Origin: Antedon mediterranea
Taxonomy: Eukaryota; Animalia; Echinodermata
Direction of reading: 5' to 3'
Assembly (NCBI RefSeq): GCF_964355755.1
Contig: NC_092671.1
Coordinates: forward strand, 14,632,001 to 14,696,000
DNA: 64,000 bases
How positions within the stretch are numbered: the first letter of the stretch is position 1; every line of letters starts with the position of its first letter. This document shows positions 1 to 14,084 of this stretch, piece by piece. Made by a program: the position numbers and the translations under genes. A model generated the notes under the pieces. The model ran no database searches and was not told where the DNA came from. It worked only from the letters and a program-made list of their open reading frames with translations.

Positions 1-720
1 GGAAGAGTAGAGGTCAAATTTTATTATTGACGGTTTAATTTGTGTTTTCAATACACCTACTCGTCGATTTTTAAGCCGTTATATCGTTTGCATGCATTGA
101 TGGATTTGAATAATATATATAACAATAGTCTTTCAATGAAAAATAGATATACAAAGCCTATATTGTACAGTAGCTAATCTGACATTCTTATTCTTAAAAT
201 AAGTTTATTTCAATAAAAAGTTAAATAGCTCCAAAACCTATGTTTAGTTTATACACATTATTTATTTTAACATTTCTTCTTATAGACAATTATGATGATA
301 TGTTTATACACATTTATTTTTTTATAAATCTATAAAATACAATTATAATTTAATTTGAATGCAATTAGTTCAACTAATAATTTGTTGTTTCTTATAATTT
401 TATCTTATACTTTGGGTTTGTTTTCTTTTCTGTCTGTGTTTGCTAAGTTATTGTATCTCGTTATTAATTGCATTATATTATGTAATAAATGCTCTAATAC
501 AAATTCATGAATGTTCTATTCTCTTTTTGCTGATTCTTCATTCACATGGTATTCTTATTCTGTTAATGTAGTGATTTCAAAACAAAACAAAGACCAACAA
601 TTGTCGATTTCTTTCCAAGTCTCTCAATAATACGAACTCGAAGAATTTAGCCTAAATAAACACGAAGACGGCTGCAGTCACCAACAATTATATGCTTATA
701 TACTATATACAACTAAGATT
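1..720. repeat. Intergenic/promoter block of the SLC17 tandem array
   Basis: Near-identical to ~8620-9358 and ~14845-15583, which lie just upstream of A-type exon 1. Implies a further SLC17 exon 1 just left of the window. Confidence 0.9.
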
Positions 721-790
721 TTTTTTCTAGCATGTGCTCTTCATTTTAGACACTTTCTTTAGGCCACAAACTTAATAACCTTCTCGACAG

Positions 791-3700
791 TCACTCTTCA
801 GTATCAACAACTTCTGCGGAAGCATCGTTTATAGAATTATAAGATTTCATTTCTTGTTTGGATATGTTTTCTTCGATGGAATGAAACTGCTCCTCTGCTT
901 TTGCAAACAACAAAAATATTAACAGTCCAAACAACTGTATTCCCGCAATTATCTTAAACATCAAGTACCACTGATCATTTGTGTTCTGAAAATGAATAAT
1001 AATAAAATGGTTATAATGGATAGGAACCAAAGGGGTTACAAAATGTAATCCTGCAATACAGAGTGATTAATACAATAATTTGCAAATTTACTTTTTTCTT
1101 TAATAATGCAGCAAATAATGATGGCCCGATAAATCCAGTAGAACTTGCTAAACATGTCATGATTCCTACGATCACTGATGAATAATGCTTCGTAATGTCC
1201 AATACGTTCGCCATAAAACAGGTATTGTAACATCCTAGTAACCCGAATGCTAGTATTAGCGTAATCAGGCATAATATAGCACTGTCTTGGAAAAATCCTA
1301 TACAAATAAGTAAGAAAGCAGATAACCCCATACCTATAGAGAAAGAGAAATATTTTATTAGTAAATGATTCTCATTCTTGATTTGAATTCTAATTCTGAA
1401 ACATTATGATACATTATGTGTCAAAATAAGTTTCCAGCCACCAAGTCATAAGTAGAAAGCTCATTCAAACTATCTGGAGGAAATAATTTCATATTTTTGA
1501 TACTCAGAACTAGGTATAAGTTCATTACTGTATTTTTATTTCATTCAAGTTATTAATAGGGAGCTTTCGATTTGCGACGACCGACGACCAAGCTAGGTCA
1601 GGTCAATCGATGTGTCATCGGTCGTCGCCTATTCGAGTTTTGACCTAATATTAGTAAAAAAAAAAATTTTTGGCACATGGCGTTTCATACGTATACTACT
1701 TCAGCTTGAAACTTCAGACAAACATCTAACTTTAATAAACTAACTTTAAATGTCGAGGTGAGGAATGAGGACACGCGTCCCAATATTTTCACTTGCGCAC
1801 AATGAATTAACGTAATAGTTTGGTAGTCAGTCGTCGCAAATCGAAAGCTCCCTATTATCATTCATATGGATGTTGTATTGTCTAATACTGATTGACAATA
1901 CTCAATAAGAGGCTTATACTGTAATATCACTTCATGAAATTAAGAAATTTTACTGCAAATTGCGATCAGTTTCCTTGTTGGCAAAATAGTCAGCAATTCA
2001 CGGCGAACAATGAAGTCGGCACATACACCAGAGAGCAGGGCAAATAAGCATTCCACAATACCTAGAATCGACATTAGCCACCCAATCTGTAAATATATAT
2101 GGTTATATAAGTTTTTATTAGTCGGTTCCGCAACAACCAGTGACTGTCACTGACAACTCGTATTCATTTCGCAAAAATACTTCATACACTTACCGTTTTT
2201 ACATCAAATTTTAAGACTTCGGAGATAAAGATCGGTGCTTCAGTAATAATAAAAAAGAAACCAAAAACATTGCTAGTGAAAGCAATGACTACCGTCCAGA
2301 CAGCTGACGATTTTAGTATACTTAACCATGGAACCGATATTTTCTAAATGAAGAAAAAACCCATGATATTATAATATACATAAAATAAAACTGCCAGAAG
2401 CTTTGGGGCAACACTAGCCAGCCCTTCATCAGTGCAAGTGAAAGTACTTGGACAAAGTCTCGACAGATAAATAAGGCAAGCGCTGATATCGTTGTTGTCA
2501 GATTCACTCACCTTACAAGTTCGCACAAAATATAATGATAATCTTAATTTATATTTTTGTGTTTGTTATTGGTGCGCTTTCAACATGTAACACCTATTAG
2601 GTATAATAATTATATTGAAATCGGACAGTGGTATTATTAAGCGTTATGGACAATACCTTATTTTTCTCTCCAACAGTTGTGTCAAAACTTTTCAAATATT
2701 CAACCTCGTTACTCGATATATACGGATCTTCATCAGGATTTTCGTAAATTAGGAAAATGCATAATATTGCAGTAACAGCTCCAAATGTACCTAAATATAA
2801 TTTAATTTAATTGCCAATCATTTTAATAATAGTTTTGTTCACTTTAAAGAATAAATGAAAATAAGTAAAATACAAAAATAATATTGTTCAAGTTACTGTA
2901 TGTATAAAATGACAACGGCCATCCACCGAGTTTGTAGGCAGAACAAATCCAACCGGACAGTGGGTTACAGATAATCTCAGCCAATGCCACACCTGTATAA
3001 AAAAACGTTCAACGATTTAGTGTGAAATATCGAAGTGAATGAAGAAAATATCGGTCACAAAGAAGGCCAACTTTAATAACAGAATTTAAAAAAAAAACAT
3101 CGTATAAATTTATTTCTAAATTAAGAACATAATCGCCATGTGGTATAATTACGTTGAAGAAAGCTAACGGTCGCATTATATTACTAATCAGAGTATATTT
3201 ACCGGAATAGGTAATGGATACAAGTGTACTTCGTTCATGTGCAACAGACCAGTTTGCCAGTATAATTAACATTGCCGGATTGTGTAATCCCTGAAAGTAA
3301 ATGTTTTCTTTTGGGTTTATTGTTATTGTTATATTGTGGTCATAACTTACAGTGAATTGTAAATGCTATAAACGCTATAACGCCATGCGTCTAAATGTAA
3401 ATGAAAGCTAAAAAGAAGTACAGTATGGCATCAATTATGAAATAAATGCTAACCTTAGTCTAGGTTCTAGACGGAGGTTTGACTTAATGTTAGCAAAAAG
3501 AAAAATATTGTTTCATACGTATGCTGCTTAATCTTGTATTTTCAGACAAAAATTTAAAAACCCAGTGGTGGACTAAAATAAGAAAGACAATAACTATAGA
3601 CTTGAAAGGTCTTGAATGCAAAATTGTTAAAAAGTTAACTGATATTGATGGAAGATATATATTTCTTAATTTAATGATAAATGAAAAGAAATTGGACATT

Positions 3701-6700
3701 ATAAATATTTATGCTCCTAATGAAAGCAAAAATAGAAGTGCATTCTTTAGGACCATACACAAATGTTACAATGACTTTGATGGAGGGAAGGGTAATTCTA
3801 TCATTCTAGGTGGAGATCTGAATTGCATCATGAATAGTGACATTGACCAAAAAGGTAGCGCAAATAGGTCTGATAAATCTGTTTTTACGATTAAAAACCT
3901 AATGAAAAATTTAAATTTAAATGATATTTGGAGATCCAAAAACATGAATAAGCGACAATTTACGTGGCGTAAGAGATTTAACAACATTTTCCGTAGGCTG
4001 GATTACTGGTTAATATCAGAAGATCTCTTTTTAAATGGAGACGTTTTAGCCTGTGACATTCGTCCAGCTATTCTCACAGATCACCAGGCGGTATCAATTA
4101 AAATAGATTTGCATGAAAAAAAACGCGGTCCTGGTTTATGGATGTTCAACAATAGCTTTCTGAAAGATGAAACATTTACAAAATTAGTAATTAAAATAAT
4201 TGATGTTTCAATACTAAAAAATAATAGAGAACCTGTAAGTGCAAGTTTGTTATGGGAGCTTGTAAAAACAAAAATAAAAGAATTTTCAATTTCATACGGA
4301 AAACAAAAAAATAAAAACCAGAATAAAAAGAAAGAAAAATTACAAAAACAAATAAAAAACTTAAATGAAACAATTATGAATACTCAAAATTGTGATATAA
4401 CCATTGAAAATAAAATTGAAAACAAAAAAATAGAGCTTGAAAACATTTATAATGTAGAAGCAAAAGGCGCGCAAATTAGGTCCAGAGTAAAATGGATAGA
4501 GGAAGGCGAGCGGAATACAAAATACTTTCTTGGGTTAGAAAGATCCAAAAGTAAAAAGAAACACATAAAAAGTTTAATTACTAAAGATGGGAGCTTAGCA
4601 ACGAGCCCAATTGATATTTTAAAGGAACAAATACAACATTTCGAAGGTTTATACGCAAAAAATGTTATAAACCCTGGAAAAATTAATAAATACCTTTGTA
4701 ATTCTATTATAAACAAGCTTTCAGAAATAGAAAAAGAAAATTGTGAAGGTTACGTCACTATTGATGAATGTAAAAAGGCCATTTCAATGATGGAAAAAAA
4801 TAAAACACCTGGATCGGATGGTCTAAGTGTTTAATTTTATGTGTTCTTTTGGAATAATATTAAACATTTAATTTGCGATGCGTTAAATGAAAGTTATAAT
4901 TCTCAAGAATTATCCTTTTCGCAAAAACGAGGTGTAATCACCCTTTTGTTCAAGGATGGAGAAAGAGAAAATTTGAATAATTGGCGTCCCATTACCCTCT
5001 TAAACACCGATTACAAAATTCTTGCACATGTATTAAGTAACAGACTTAAAATGGTTATTAAATCAATAGTAAGTTCAGACCAAAAAGGTTATATAAAAGG
5101 CCGTTTCGCTGGTGAAAACATTCGGTTAATAGAAGACCTGCTTTATTATACAGAGTGTAATGATATCGAAGGGGCAATAATTACCGTAGATTTTAAGAAG
5201 GCTTTTGACTCTATTAGTAGAGATTTTATGTTCAATGTTCTAGAAAAGTTTAACTTTGGAATGTTCTTTAGTAACTGGGTAAAAGTATTATACAATAACG
5301 TTGAATGTGTCACAGTTAACAATGGTTGGGTTTCAAACAATTTTAAAATGGAAAGAGGTATTAGACAAGGTTGTCCTCTATCTGCTCTGTTATTCATTTT
5401 AGTGGTTGAAGTAATGGCATCTAGAATAAGAAACAAAGATGACTATAAGGGTATTAAACTTCCAAATAATGAAAATAACATAGAAGCTAGAATAAGCCAA
5501 TTAGCCGATGATACTGTTTTGTATGTTGGTAATGACAAAAGTATTAAGTCAGCAGTCAGTGTAATTGAACGTTTTTGTGAAGTATCTGGAATGACACTAA
5601 ATAAAAAAAAAACCAATGCTTTTTGGATTGGTAAATGGAAGAACAGAATAGATAGACCTTTAGAATTAAATTGGGTAAAACACCCGATCAAAATTTTAGG
5701 CATATATGTAGGGTATAATACAGAAGAATGTACCAGAAAAAACTGGGATGTTAAATTAATAGAGCTAGAAAAGACTTTAAAACAATGGAATGCTAGAAAT
5801 CTCTCAATTTTTGGTAGAATAATAATCCTGAAAAGTCTTGCACTATCTAAATTAACATATGCTGCAAATATCACTGATGTTCCAAAATATGTATATACAC
5901 AAGTTACAAATCTAATATATAATTTTATTTGGAACAATAAAAAGGAAAAGATAAAAAGAAAAACTCTAATTGGTGATGTTGAGATGGGAGGCATTAAAAT
6001 GCCTGATTTTACTCTTCATGTTAACGCACTCATGTGTGGCTGGTTAAAAAGAATTATGAATGATGATGGTGCTAAATGGAAAAATATTCCAATGTATTAT
6101 ATTAAAAAAATATGTGATGTTAATGTTTTACTTAATATGTCATGTTATAACATTATTGATGTTAATTCTGATAAAATTCCACTGTTTTACAAAAATATGA
6201 TAAAAGCCTACATAAATTATAACAGAATCTCAAAAAAAACCCTGAAACTTATAACGATATAATGAATGAGCAACTGTGGGGAAACCACTACGTTAAACTA
6301 AAAAAAAAAACGCTTTTCTACAAGCATTGGATTGACAGTGGCATTATCAGTATTAAAGACATTGTTAATAAGAACACTTTTTTAACATCGAACGAAATAC
6401 TGGTGAAACTACAATGTAAAACAAACTGGTTAAATGAGTATTTGTGCATTATTAAGGCAATACCAATTCAATGGAAACGTATTATTAAGGAGGTAGATAT
6501 TTTCAATTGTGATGATAATGATGAAGTAGTTGGGACTAAGTATGAGATTAATACTACCAAACTAATATACTCATGGTTTGTGAAAGAATATTTCATTATT
6601 CCAATGTCACAACTAAAATGGGAAGAGTACTTCAATGATAACAACATTGATTGGAAAACTTCTTGGTTACGGAAAGTATGTAAAATGAAAGATAAGAAAC

Positions 6701-8549
6701 TAGCACAATTCAATTATAAGATGTTACATAGAATACTGCCTACCAACAAACGGCTGTATCAGTGGAAAGTTAAGGAAACACAAACGTGTGACAAATGTGG
6801 AGAAATTGAAAATGAAAATCATTTGTTTTTTAGTTGTAGATTTATTCAGAAATATTGGAGGAAAATGCTTAGTATCTTTGTAAGTTTAAATCACAATAAT
6901 ATATCATTTAAACAATTAATACTAGGAACGGGAGATAAGCTAATAGATTATATTTACACTTTTGCAGCATTTACTATTTATAGAATAAAAATGTTATCTG
7001 CACTGAATAAGCCAGTGGGTAAATCTTTATGGAATTCATTTAAAAGCAATATGTTATATAACATTGAATGTGAAACATATAACAATAAAGAAACAAGTAT
7101 AGAAAAATGGGTAGCTTTAAGAAATAAGATTATGATAATATAAATTCTAATTTGATACGATTAACCGAAAAGGAATTACAGTGATACGGGTTACTGGTGG
7201 TACTGAGCTATTATTGTTTTTTTTTTATCATGTATATAAATATATTGTATAATCCGGGTTGTAAAATGAAAACAAACAAATGAAAATGTGTGAACTATTT
7301 TAAAACGAGATAGATGATAATGATGATCCTGTCAAGTGTATAACAAAATATAAGAAAATTAATGAAAAAAGGAGTAATACAGAATTCATATATGTAAAAA
7401 TGTTACTTATGAACTGTAACGACATTTACAAGTTAAATAATACGATTTTATGTAATATGAAATAATATGAATGTGAATAAAAGTGGTGTTTGCGCCACAA
7501 AAGAGAAAAAAAAAAACTATAGACTTGAGGCAAGTCTATATACTAACCTGTGCCATGCCGTCTAGAACACGTAGAACTATTAGAAGATCAGTGCTAACTC
7601 CAGCTGACCAAGGTATCAGTGCTGTAAGAATACTTGACGAAAAAAGTGAAAATAGAATAACTCGTTTTCCACCAAGTCTGTGCGTCACCAATCCTCCAAG
7701 AAGTGCTGATACGCTATACCCATAGTAAACAGCACTAAGTATCATTTGACGTGTTTCTTCACTCCAGGCGTAACTTGGTATCTATTGACAATAACAAAAT
7801 TGGTTTAAAAAGGTCACGCATGTCATCCTTCTGTGATACGTATACCCATCATGCTTGTGGAGATTAATTTAAAATAGAAAAGTCGCTAAATAAAACGTTT
7901 GTGGACTAATCAGTGCAATTTCATTCATATTTACAGTTACTATACACATAAAATATAAAAACGGCGTTTTAGATAAAACACGCAATAGCTTGTACCCACT
8001 TTTGTCAGATGTTTAGATTCTATAACGTATCTTGTACTCATTTCCTAGTTTAGCTAGATACATGCTAGGTTATTGACGATAGGATTAACATACAAAACAT
8101 TAATTCAAAATAAACAAATTAATGAATATAACTAATTATGATTTGAAGCTTTAATACAATCCTCAATCCTCGCACTTTTTGGAGAAACATTTCTCGAAGG
8201 GAAGTTTAACCCTTGACAAGATTACCGTACCTCAAATAAAGGGAATTTCATAGTTTAGACCTACTCACAATTTAAGAAAAAAATAAAAGGAAATACATTG
8301 TGTAAAATCCTATAAATTTCTTCATTTGATAAATTATACGTTACGTTAGTTTATTTTTAAACTTACCTCTTTGTAAATAATTTTAGACCGTGTAGCCTTT
8401 GTTGTCAGAGTGACATTTAACGCGTTGTTTTCGGTAGAATTTGGAACCATTTTGATTATAGCAATATTGAGATTTATTCTCATGCAAAACAAACAAAACT
8501 TTACCATGGAACACATTCCAGCTACAAGATAACGCTTCATATTGGCCAT
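791..8549 (-). CDS. SLC17/sialin-like MFS anion transporter, copy A (9 exons)
   Basis: Approximate exons: 8367-8549 (MANMKRYLVAGMC..RINLNIA), 7548-7781 (YAWSEETRQMILSAVYYGY..RVLDGMAQ), ~3202-3292 (GLHNPAM..ERSTLVS), ~2897-2993 (GGWPLSFY), ~2657-2790 (IYENPDEDPYIS), ~2195-2343 (VPWLSILKSSAVW), ~1954-2087, ~1092-1333 (NVLDITKHYSSVIVG), 791-987. GT-AG boundaries; the exons I checked join in frame. Confidence 0.88.
1558..1853. mobile_element. MITE, ~300 bp
   Basis: TIRs AGGGAGCTTTCGATTTGCGACGAC / GTCGTCGCAAATCGAAAGCTCCCT. TSD is AT or TA (ambiguous). Absent from the same intron of copies B and C. Confidence 0.85.
3606..7514 (+). mobile_element. 5'-truncated Tx1/L1-group non-LTR retrotransposon (ORF2: APE endonuclease, RT, zf-RVT), antisense in intron 2 of SLC17 copy A
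   Basis: Motifs NIYAPN, GGDLN, RRLDYW, TDH (endonuclease); NWRPITLLNTDYK, DFKKAFD, GIRQGCPLS, QLADDT (RT); CDKC..E..HLFFSC. AATAAA at 7476 and A-tail. 14-bp TSD AACTATAGACTTGA at 3592-3605 and 7515-7528; empty site in copy C ~18447-18460. In-frame TAA at 4832-4834 and a frameshift near the A-run at ~6232-6240. Confidence 0.96.
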
Positions 8550-9371
8550 GTTGTATGGTGCCAACAACAAACACTCCTGCTGCTCGTTATTATAGACGCT
8601 AACTTAGAATTGCCACAATGGAAGAGTAGAGGTCAAATTTTATTATTGATGGTTTAATTTGTGTTTTCAATACACCTACTCGTCGATTTTTAAGCCGTTA
8701 TATCGTTTGCATGCATTGATGAATTTGAATAATATATATAACAATAGTCTTTCAATGAAAAATAGATATACAAAGCCTATATTATACAGTAGCTAATCTG
8801 ACATTCTTTTTCTTAAAATAAGTTTATTTCAATAAAAAGTTAAATAGCTCCAAAACCTATGTTTAGTTTATACACATGATTTATTTTAACATTTCTTCTC
8901 ATAGACAATTATGATGATATGTTTATACACATTTCTTTTTTTATAAATCTATAAAATACAATTATAATTTAATTTGAATGCAATTAGTTCAACTAATAAT
9001 TCGTTGTTTCTTATAATTTTATCTTATACTTTGGGTTTGTTCTATTTTCTGTCTGTGTTTGCCACATTATTGTATCTCGTTATTATTTGCATTATATTAT
9101 GTAATAAATGCTTTATACAAATTCATGAATGCTTTATACAAATTCATAAATGTTCTATTCTCTTTTTGCTGATTCTTCATTCACATGGTATTCTTATTCT
9201 CTTAATGTAGTGATTTCAAAACAAAACAAAGACCAACAATTGTCGATTTCTTTCCAAGTCTCTCAACAATACGAACTCGAAGAATTTAGCCTAAATAAAC
9301 ATGAAGACGGCTGCAGTCACCAACAATTATATGCTTATATACTATATACAACTAAGATATATTGTCGCCCT

Positions 9372-9410
<39 letters not shown>

Positions 9411-9677
9411 AATTTTTTTGTTGAATATGTCATTTTATTGTCACATAATATTATTTATTCACTTTTACAAAAAACTTGAAAAAATGTAATTTAAAGCAAA
9501 AAATACTTAACTTACTAGTTTTTGGGTCAAATTAACCTTTTATTTTTTTCTCTTTACAAGCGAAATTATTGGTTATCCGCACTTAGCGGATAACCCCTTG
9601 TTATTTTTTTTTTTTAGCATGTGCTCTTCATTTTCGACACTTTCTTTAGGCCACAAACTTAATAACCTTCTCGACAG

Positions 9678-12600
9678 TCACTCTTCAGTATCAACAACTT
9701 CGGCGGAAGTATCGTTTATAGAATTATAAGATTTCATTTCTTGTTTGGATATGTTTTCTTCGATGGAATGAAACTGCTCCTCTGCTTTTGCAAACAACAA
9801 AAATATCGTCAGTCCAAACAACTGTATTCCCGCATTTATCTTAAACATCAAGTACCACTGATCATGTGTGTTCTGAAAATTAATAATAATAATAATATGG
9901 TAAGGAACTAAATGGATATGAACAGAATAGGTTCCTTTAATGTAAGCCTACAATACAGTGAATAATATTAGCAAACTATACCTTTATCTTCAATAATGCG
10001 GCAAATAATGATGTCCCAATAAACCCAGTACTACCTCCTAAACATGACATGATTCCTACGATCACTGATGAATAATGCTTCGTTATGTCCAATACGTTCG
10101 CTATAAAACACGTATTAAAACATCCTAGTAACCCGAATGCTAGTATTAGCATAATCAGACATACTATAGCATTGTCTCTGAAAAATCCTATACAAATAAG
10201 TAAGAAAGCAGATAACCCCATACCTAAGAAATAGAAATATCATATTAGTAAATTATTCTCATTCTTGGTTGTCATTCTAATTCTGAAACACTATTATGAC
10301 ACAATGTCAATAAAAATACGAACCCATAGACAAGACATTTGGACATCCAAATATAGGTATCGTTCACTACAACTTAGTATTTGTATTCAAGTTGTTATTA
10401 TATCCATGTGTCGTATGTGAAAGTAAACTTTGTTTTTGTCTAAATGCTTGATAATACTCAATTATTATAAGGCTTAAATTAATTATAATATAACTTCCTA
10501 AAATGAGTGACGTTTTCCATAATAAATCTATGAACGTTTACTGAGAATTGTGAACAGTTTCCTTGCTTGCAAAATTGTCAACATTTCACGGCGAATGAAG
10601 AGGTCAGCACATACACCAGATAGTAGGCCAAATAAGCATTCCGCAATACCTAGAATCGACATAAGCCACCCAATCTGTAAAATGTAAGGTATATATAATA
10701 ATATTATATATAATAATCGAATTTGAACTAAACACTGACGATTTCGTCGTAGGCCTATATACGACGAAATCGTGAGTGGTCTAATGGTTAGGACATCTGC
10801 ATATCAAGCAGGAACGTTCCGAATCTCGGTTGGGGCGGCATTTTCTCACATTCTCACAGATTTTCTCATCCTTATCGTTTCAAATTAATATTCATTATAT
10901 CCCCGGCCGGCTAGAATTCTTCTATGCTCATGTAACGTATTACAATATAGGCCTTTTTCACAACAACCAGATTGTCACCGTCGACTCTTATTTTCATTTT
11001 TCAAAAATACGTTATCTATTATAGACTTACCGTTTTTAAATTAAATCCTAAGACTTCTGAGATAAAGATCGGTGCTTCAGTAATAAGAAAAGTAAAACTA
11101 AAAACGTTGCTAGTGTAAGCAATCACTACCGCCCAAACAGCTGATGACTTCAGCATACTTAACCATGGAACCGATATTTTCTATGTGAAAAAAAACCCGA
11201 TATAAAATTGTTATTTTTATATATCTTATTTTATGATGATATGATATTTATCAGACTGATCACTTTACATACAACTTCATACAAAGATATAAACCGTACC
11301 TTATTTTTCTCTCCATCTTCAGTGTCAAACCCTTTCAAGTATTCGACCTCTTTACTCGATATACACGGATCTTCATCAGGAGTTTCGTAAATTATGAAAG
11401 TCCATAATATTGCAGTAACAGATCCAAAGGCACCTAAATAAAATTTAATTGTTGCCAATTTCAGGGGTGTAAACGTTACCTCCTAATAGGAGGAGGTAAT
11501 GTCAATAATAGGTTGTTTCACTTTAAACAATAAATAAAAATAAGTAAAATACAAAAATAATATTGTTCAAGTTACTGTATGTATAAAATGACAACGGCCA
11601 TCCACCGAGTTTGTATGCAGAACAAATCCAAACAGACATTGGGTTACAGATAACCTCAGCTAAAGCCACACCTGTATAAAAAGAACGTTCAACGATTTGG
11701 TGTGAATAACATATAAGTGAATGAAGAAAAATTATCGGTCACAATGACTATAACTTTATTTCTAAATTAAGGACATGCCATGTGGAACGTGTAATATATT
11801 ACGTTGATGACAGCTAACGATCGCAAACATATTATTAAGCTTTAATGTCTATTTACCGAAATAGCCAATGGATACAAGTGTACTTCGTTCATGTGCAACA
11901 GACCAGTTTGCCAGTATACCCAACATTGCCGGATTGTGTAATCCCTGAAAGTAAATGTTTTCTTTTGGGTTTCTTGTTATTGTTACATTGTGGTCATAAC
12001 TTACAGTGAATTGTAAATGCTATAAACGCTATAACGCCATGCGTCTAAATGTAAATGAAAGCCAAAAAGAAGTACAGTATGGCATCAATATGAAATAAAT
12101 GCTAACCTTAGTCAGGTTCTAGACGGAGTTTTAACTTAATGTTAGTAAATAGAAAAATATTGTTTCATACGTATGTTGCTTAATCTTGTATTTTCAGACA
12201 AACATTAAAAAACCGAGTGGTGGACTAACATAAGAAAGACAATAACTATATAGAATTGAGAGGCAAGTCTATACTAACCTGTGCCATGCCGTCTAGTACA
12301 CGTAGAACTATTAGAAGATTACTGCTAACTCCAGCTGACCAAGGTATCAGTGCTGTAAGAATACTTGACGAAAGAAGTGAAAATAGAATAACTCGTTTTC
12401 CACCAAGTCTGTGCGTCACCATTCCTCCAAGAAGTGCTGATAGGCTATACCCATAGTAAGCAGCACCAAGTATTATTTGACGTGTTTTTTCATCCCAGGC
12501 GTATCTTGGGATCTATTGACAATAACAAAATTGGTTTAAAAAAGGTCACGCATGTCATCCTTCTGTAGTGATACCGTACGTATACCCATCATGCCTGTGG

Positions 12601-14084
12601 AGAGTATTTTACAACGCTAAATAAAACGTTTGTAGACTAATCAGTGCAATTATTATTTACAGTTAAACATACAATATAACATATTATATTTAGATTATAC
12701 AAGCATAGCATCAGCCTCCCCACTTTTCCACAAGTTTAGCTTTGTCAGATGTTCAGATTATAAACGTAGGCTTGTACCCCCTTTCCCACACGTTTCGCAT
12801 GACGTTGTTCTAAAATTCCCCTATTGAATTACCCACGTTTCAAGTTTAACTTGATACATCTAGCCTTGCCAGGTTATTAACGATGGAATTAACATACAAA
12901 CCATTTAATGGTTAAAATTATTATTATAAACAAAAGGAATAATAATTTTGCTTTACGTAAGGGCAAAATTCGGTAAATCGCGCGTTATTTCTAGAATGTT
13001 TACTCGATGGTATATAAAGTTGGTTAGAATCTCGGTACTGATTTTAACCACCTGATGTAACCCTGTTTACTAATTAAATTTAGTTAGATAATTAGTTATT
13101 GACAATTAAAACGAATTTAGGTTCAACGATTTGCCCCATATAGGGGTGTTTTCCGATCGTGGTATACACTGTCTAATGGATGTCCTCATGAAAAATACCT
13201 GCACACTAATACAAGGATACTTCGCATCTCCTCCTACGATAATTGTTTTAATAGTAGATTACTGACAGTTGCTTCTCAAACTTTTGTATTAATTAATAAT
13301 TATAAAAAATATAAACGTCGTAGTGGTGTATCGTTACCTGTACGTTACTATTTCAATCGACTATAACAGGGACAGTTTTTTAAAAGTATTATAAATCGTA
13401 AATGTTTTACTGTGTTTAGTGGTATATTATTGATAAGCCTATAAAACAATATTTCGTTACTGACTGGATAGAGAATATATTTAAAAATTGTTCTTCCCAT
13501 CCTCTTCCCCATCCCTCAACTCTAATATATATATATACAAAACACAAATTGGGTTTGTTTAAATGAGTTTAAATAAAAAAATTGGACTCATTTTTAAGAC
13601 GCTGAAATTACTGTGTATTCGAGAACCATCTGTGGACATGACCTATGATACGGTACGCGAGCGAAGCGAGTACCATCTAGTTAATACAATTCTCGCACTT
13701 TTTGGGGAATCATTTCTCGAAGAGTAGTTTACCCCTTTATAAGATTACCTCAAACAAAGGGAATTTCATAGTTAGACCTACTCGCAATCTTAAAAACTTA
13801 CACTCCAATTTAAGAAAAAATAAAAGGAAATACATGTGTAAAATCCTATAAATTTCGGCGCTAGTTTCTTCATTTGATAAATTATACGTTATTTTATTTT
13901 TTAAACTTACCTCTGTTTTAATAATTTTAGACCATGTAGCCGTTGTTGTCAGAGTGACATTTAAAGCGTTGTCTTCGGTAGAATTTTGAACCATTTTGAT
14001 TATGGCAATATTGAGATTCAGTCTTATGCAATACAAAGACAACCTTACCATGGAACACATACCAGCTACAAGATAACGCTTCAT
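9678..14084 (-). CDS. SLC17/sialin-like transporter, copy B (9 exons)
   Basis: Same exon series as A (MKRYLVAGMCSMVRLSLYCIRLNLNIA ... VVDTEE*). No stops in the exons checked. Confidence 0.85.
10775..10915 (+). mobile_element. tRNA-derived repeat (SINE-like)
   Basis: A-box TGGTCTAATGG, anticodon-like arm CTGCATATCAAGCAG, degraded B-box, and a tail shared with the copies at ~14480-14580, 16980-17120 and 23965-24083. Confidence 0.75.
12952..13680 (+). mobile_element. Non-autonomous Helitron, 5' terminus deleted
   Basis: 3' hairpin GGTACGCGAGCGAAGCGAGTACC followed by ATCTAG|T. No TSD. Empty site in copy A at 8150/8151. Confidence 0.85.

Noticed and set aside
3521-3605. Host-derived ATG in frame with the LINE endonuclease, as a domesticated fusion gene
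   Set aside because: The first ~28 codons are ordinary intron sequence shared with B and C, and the downstream ORF has a stop and a frameshift.
5146-5994. Antisense ORFs of 96 and 183 aa
   Set aside because: Shadows of the LINE RT frame with no motifs.
8974-9479. Plus-strand ORFs repeated at 15199-15752
   Set aside because: AT-rich duplicated intergenic DNA running through (TA)n; disrupted in the 1-720 copy.
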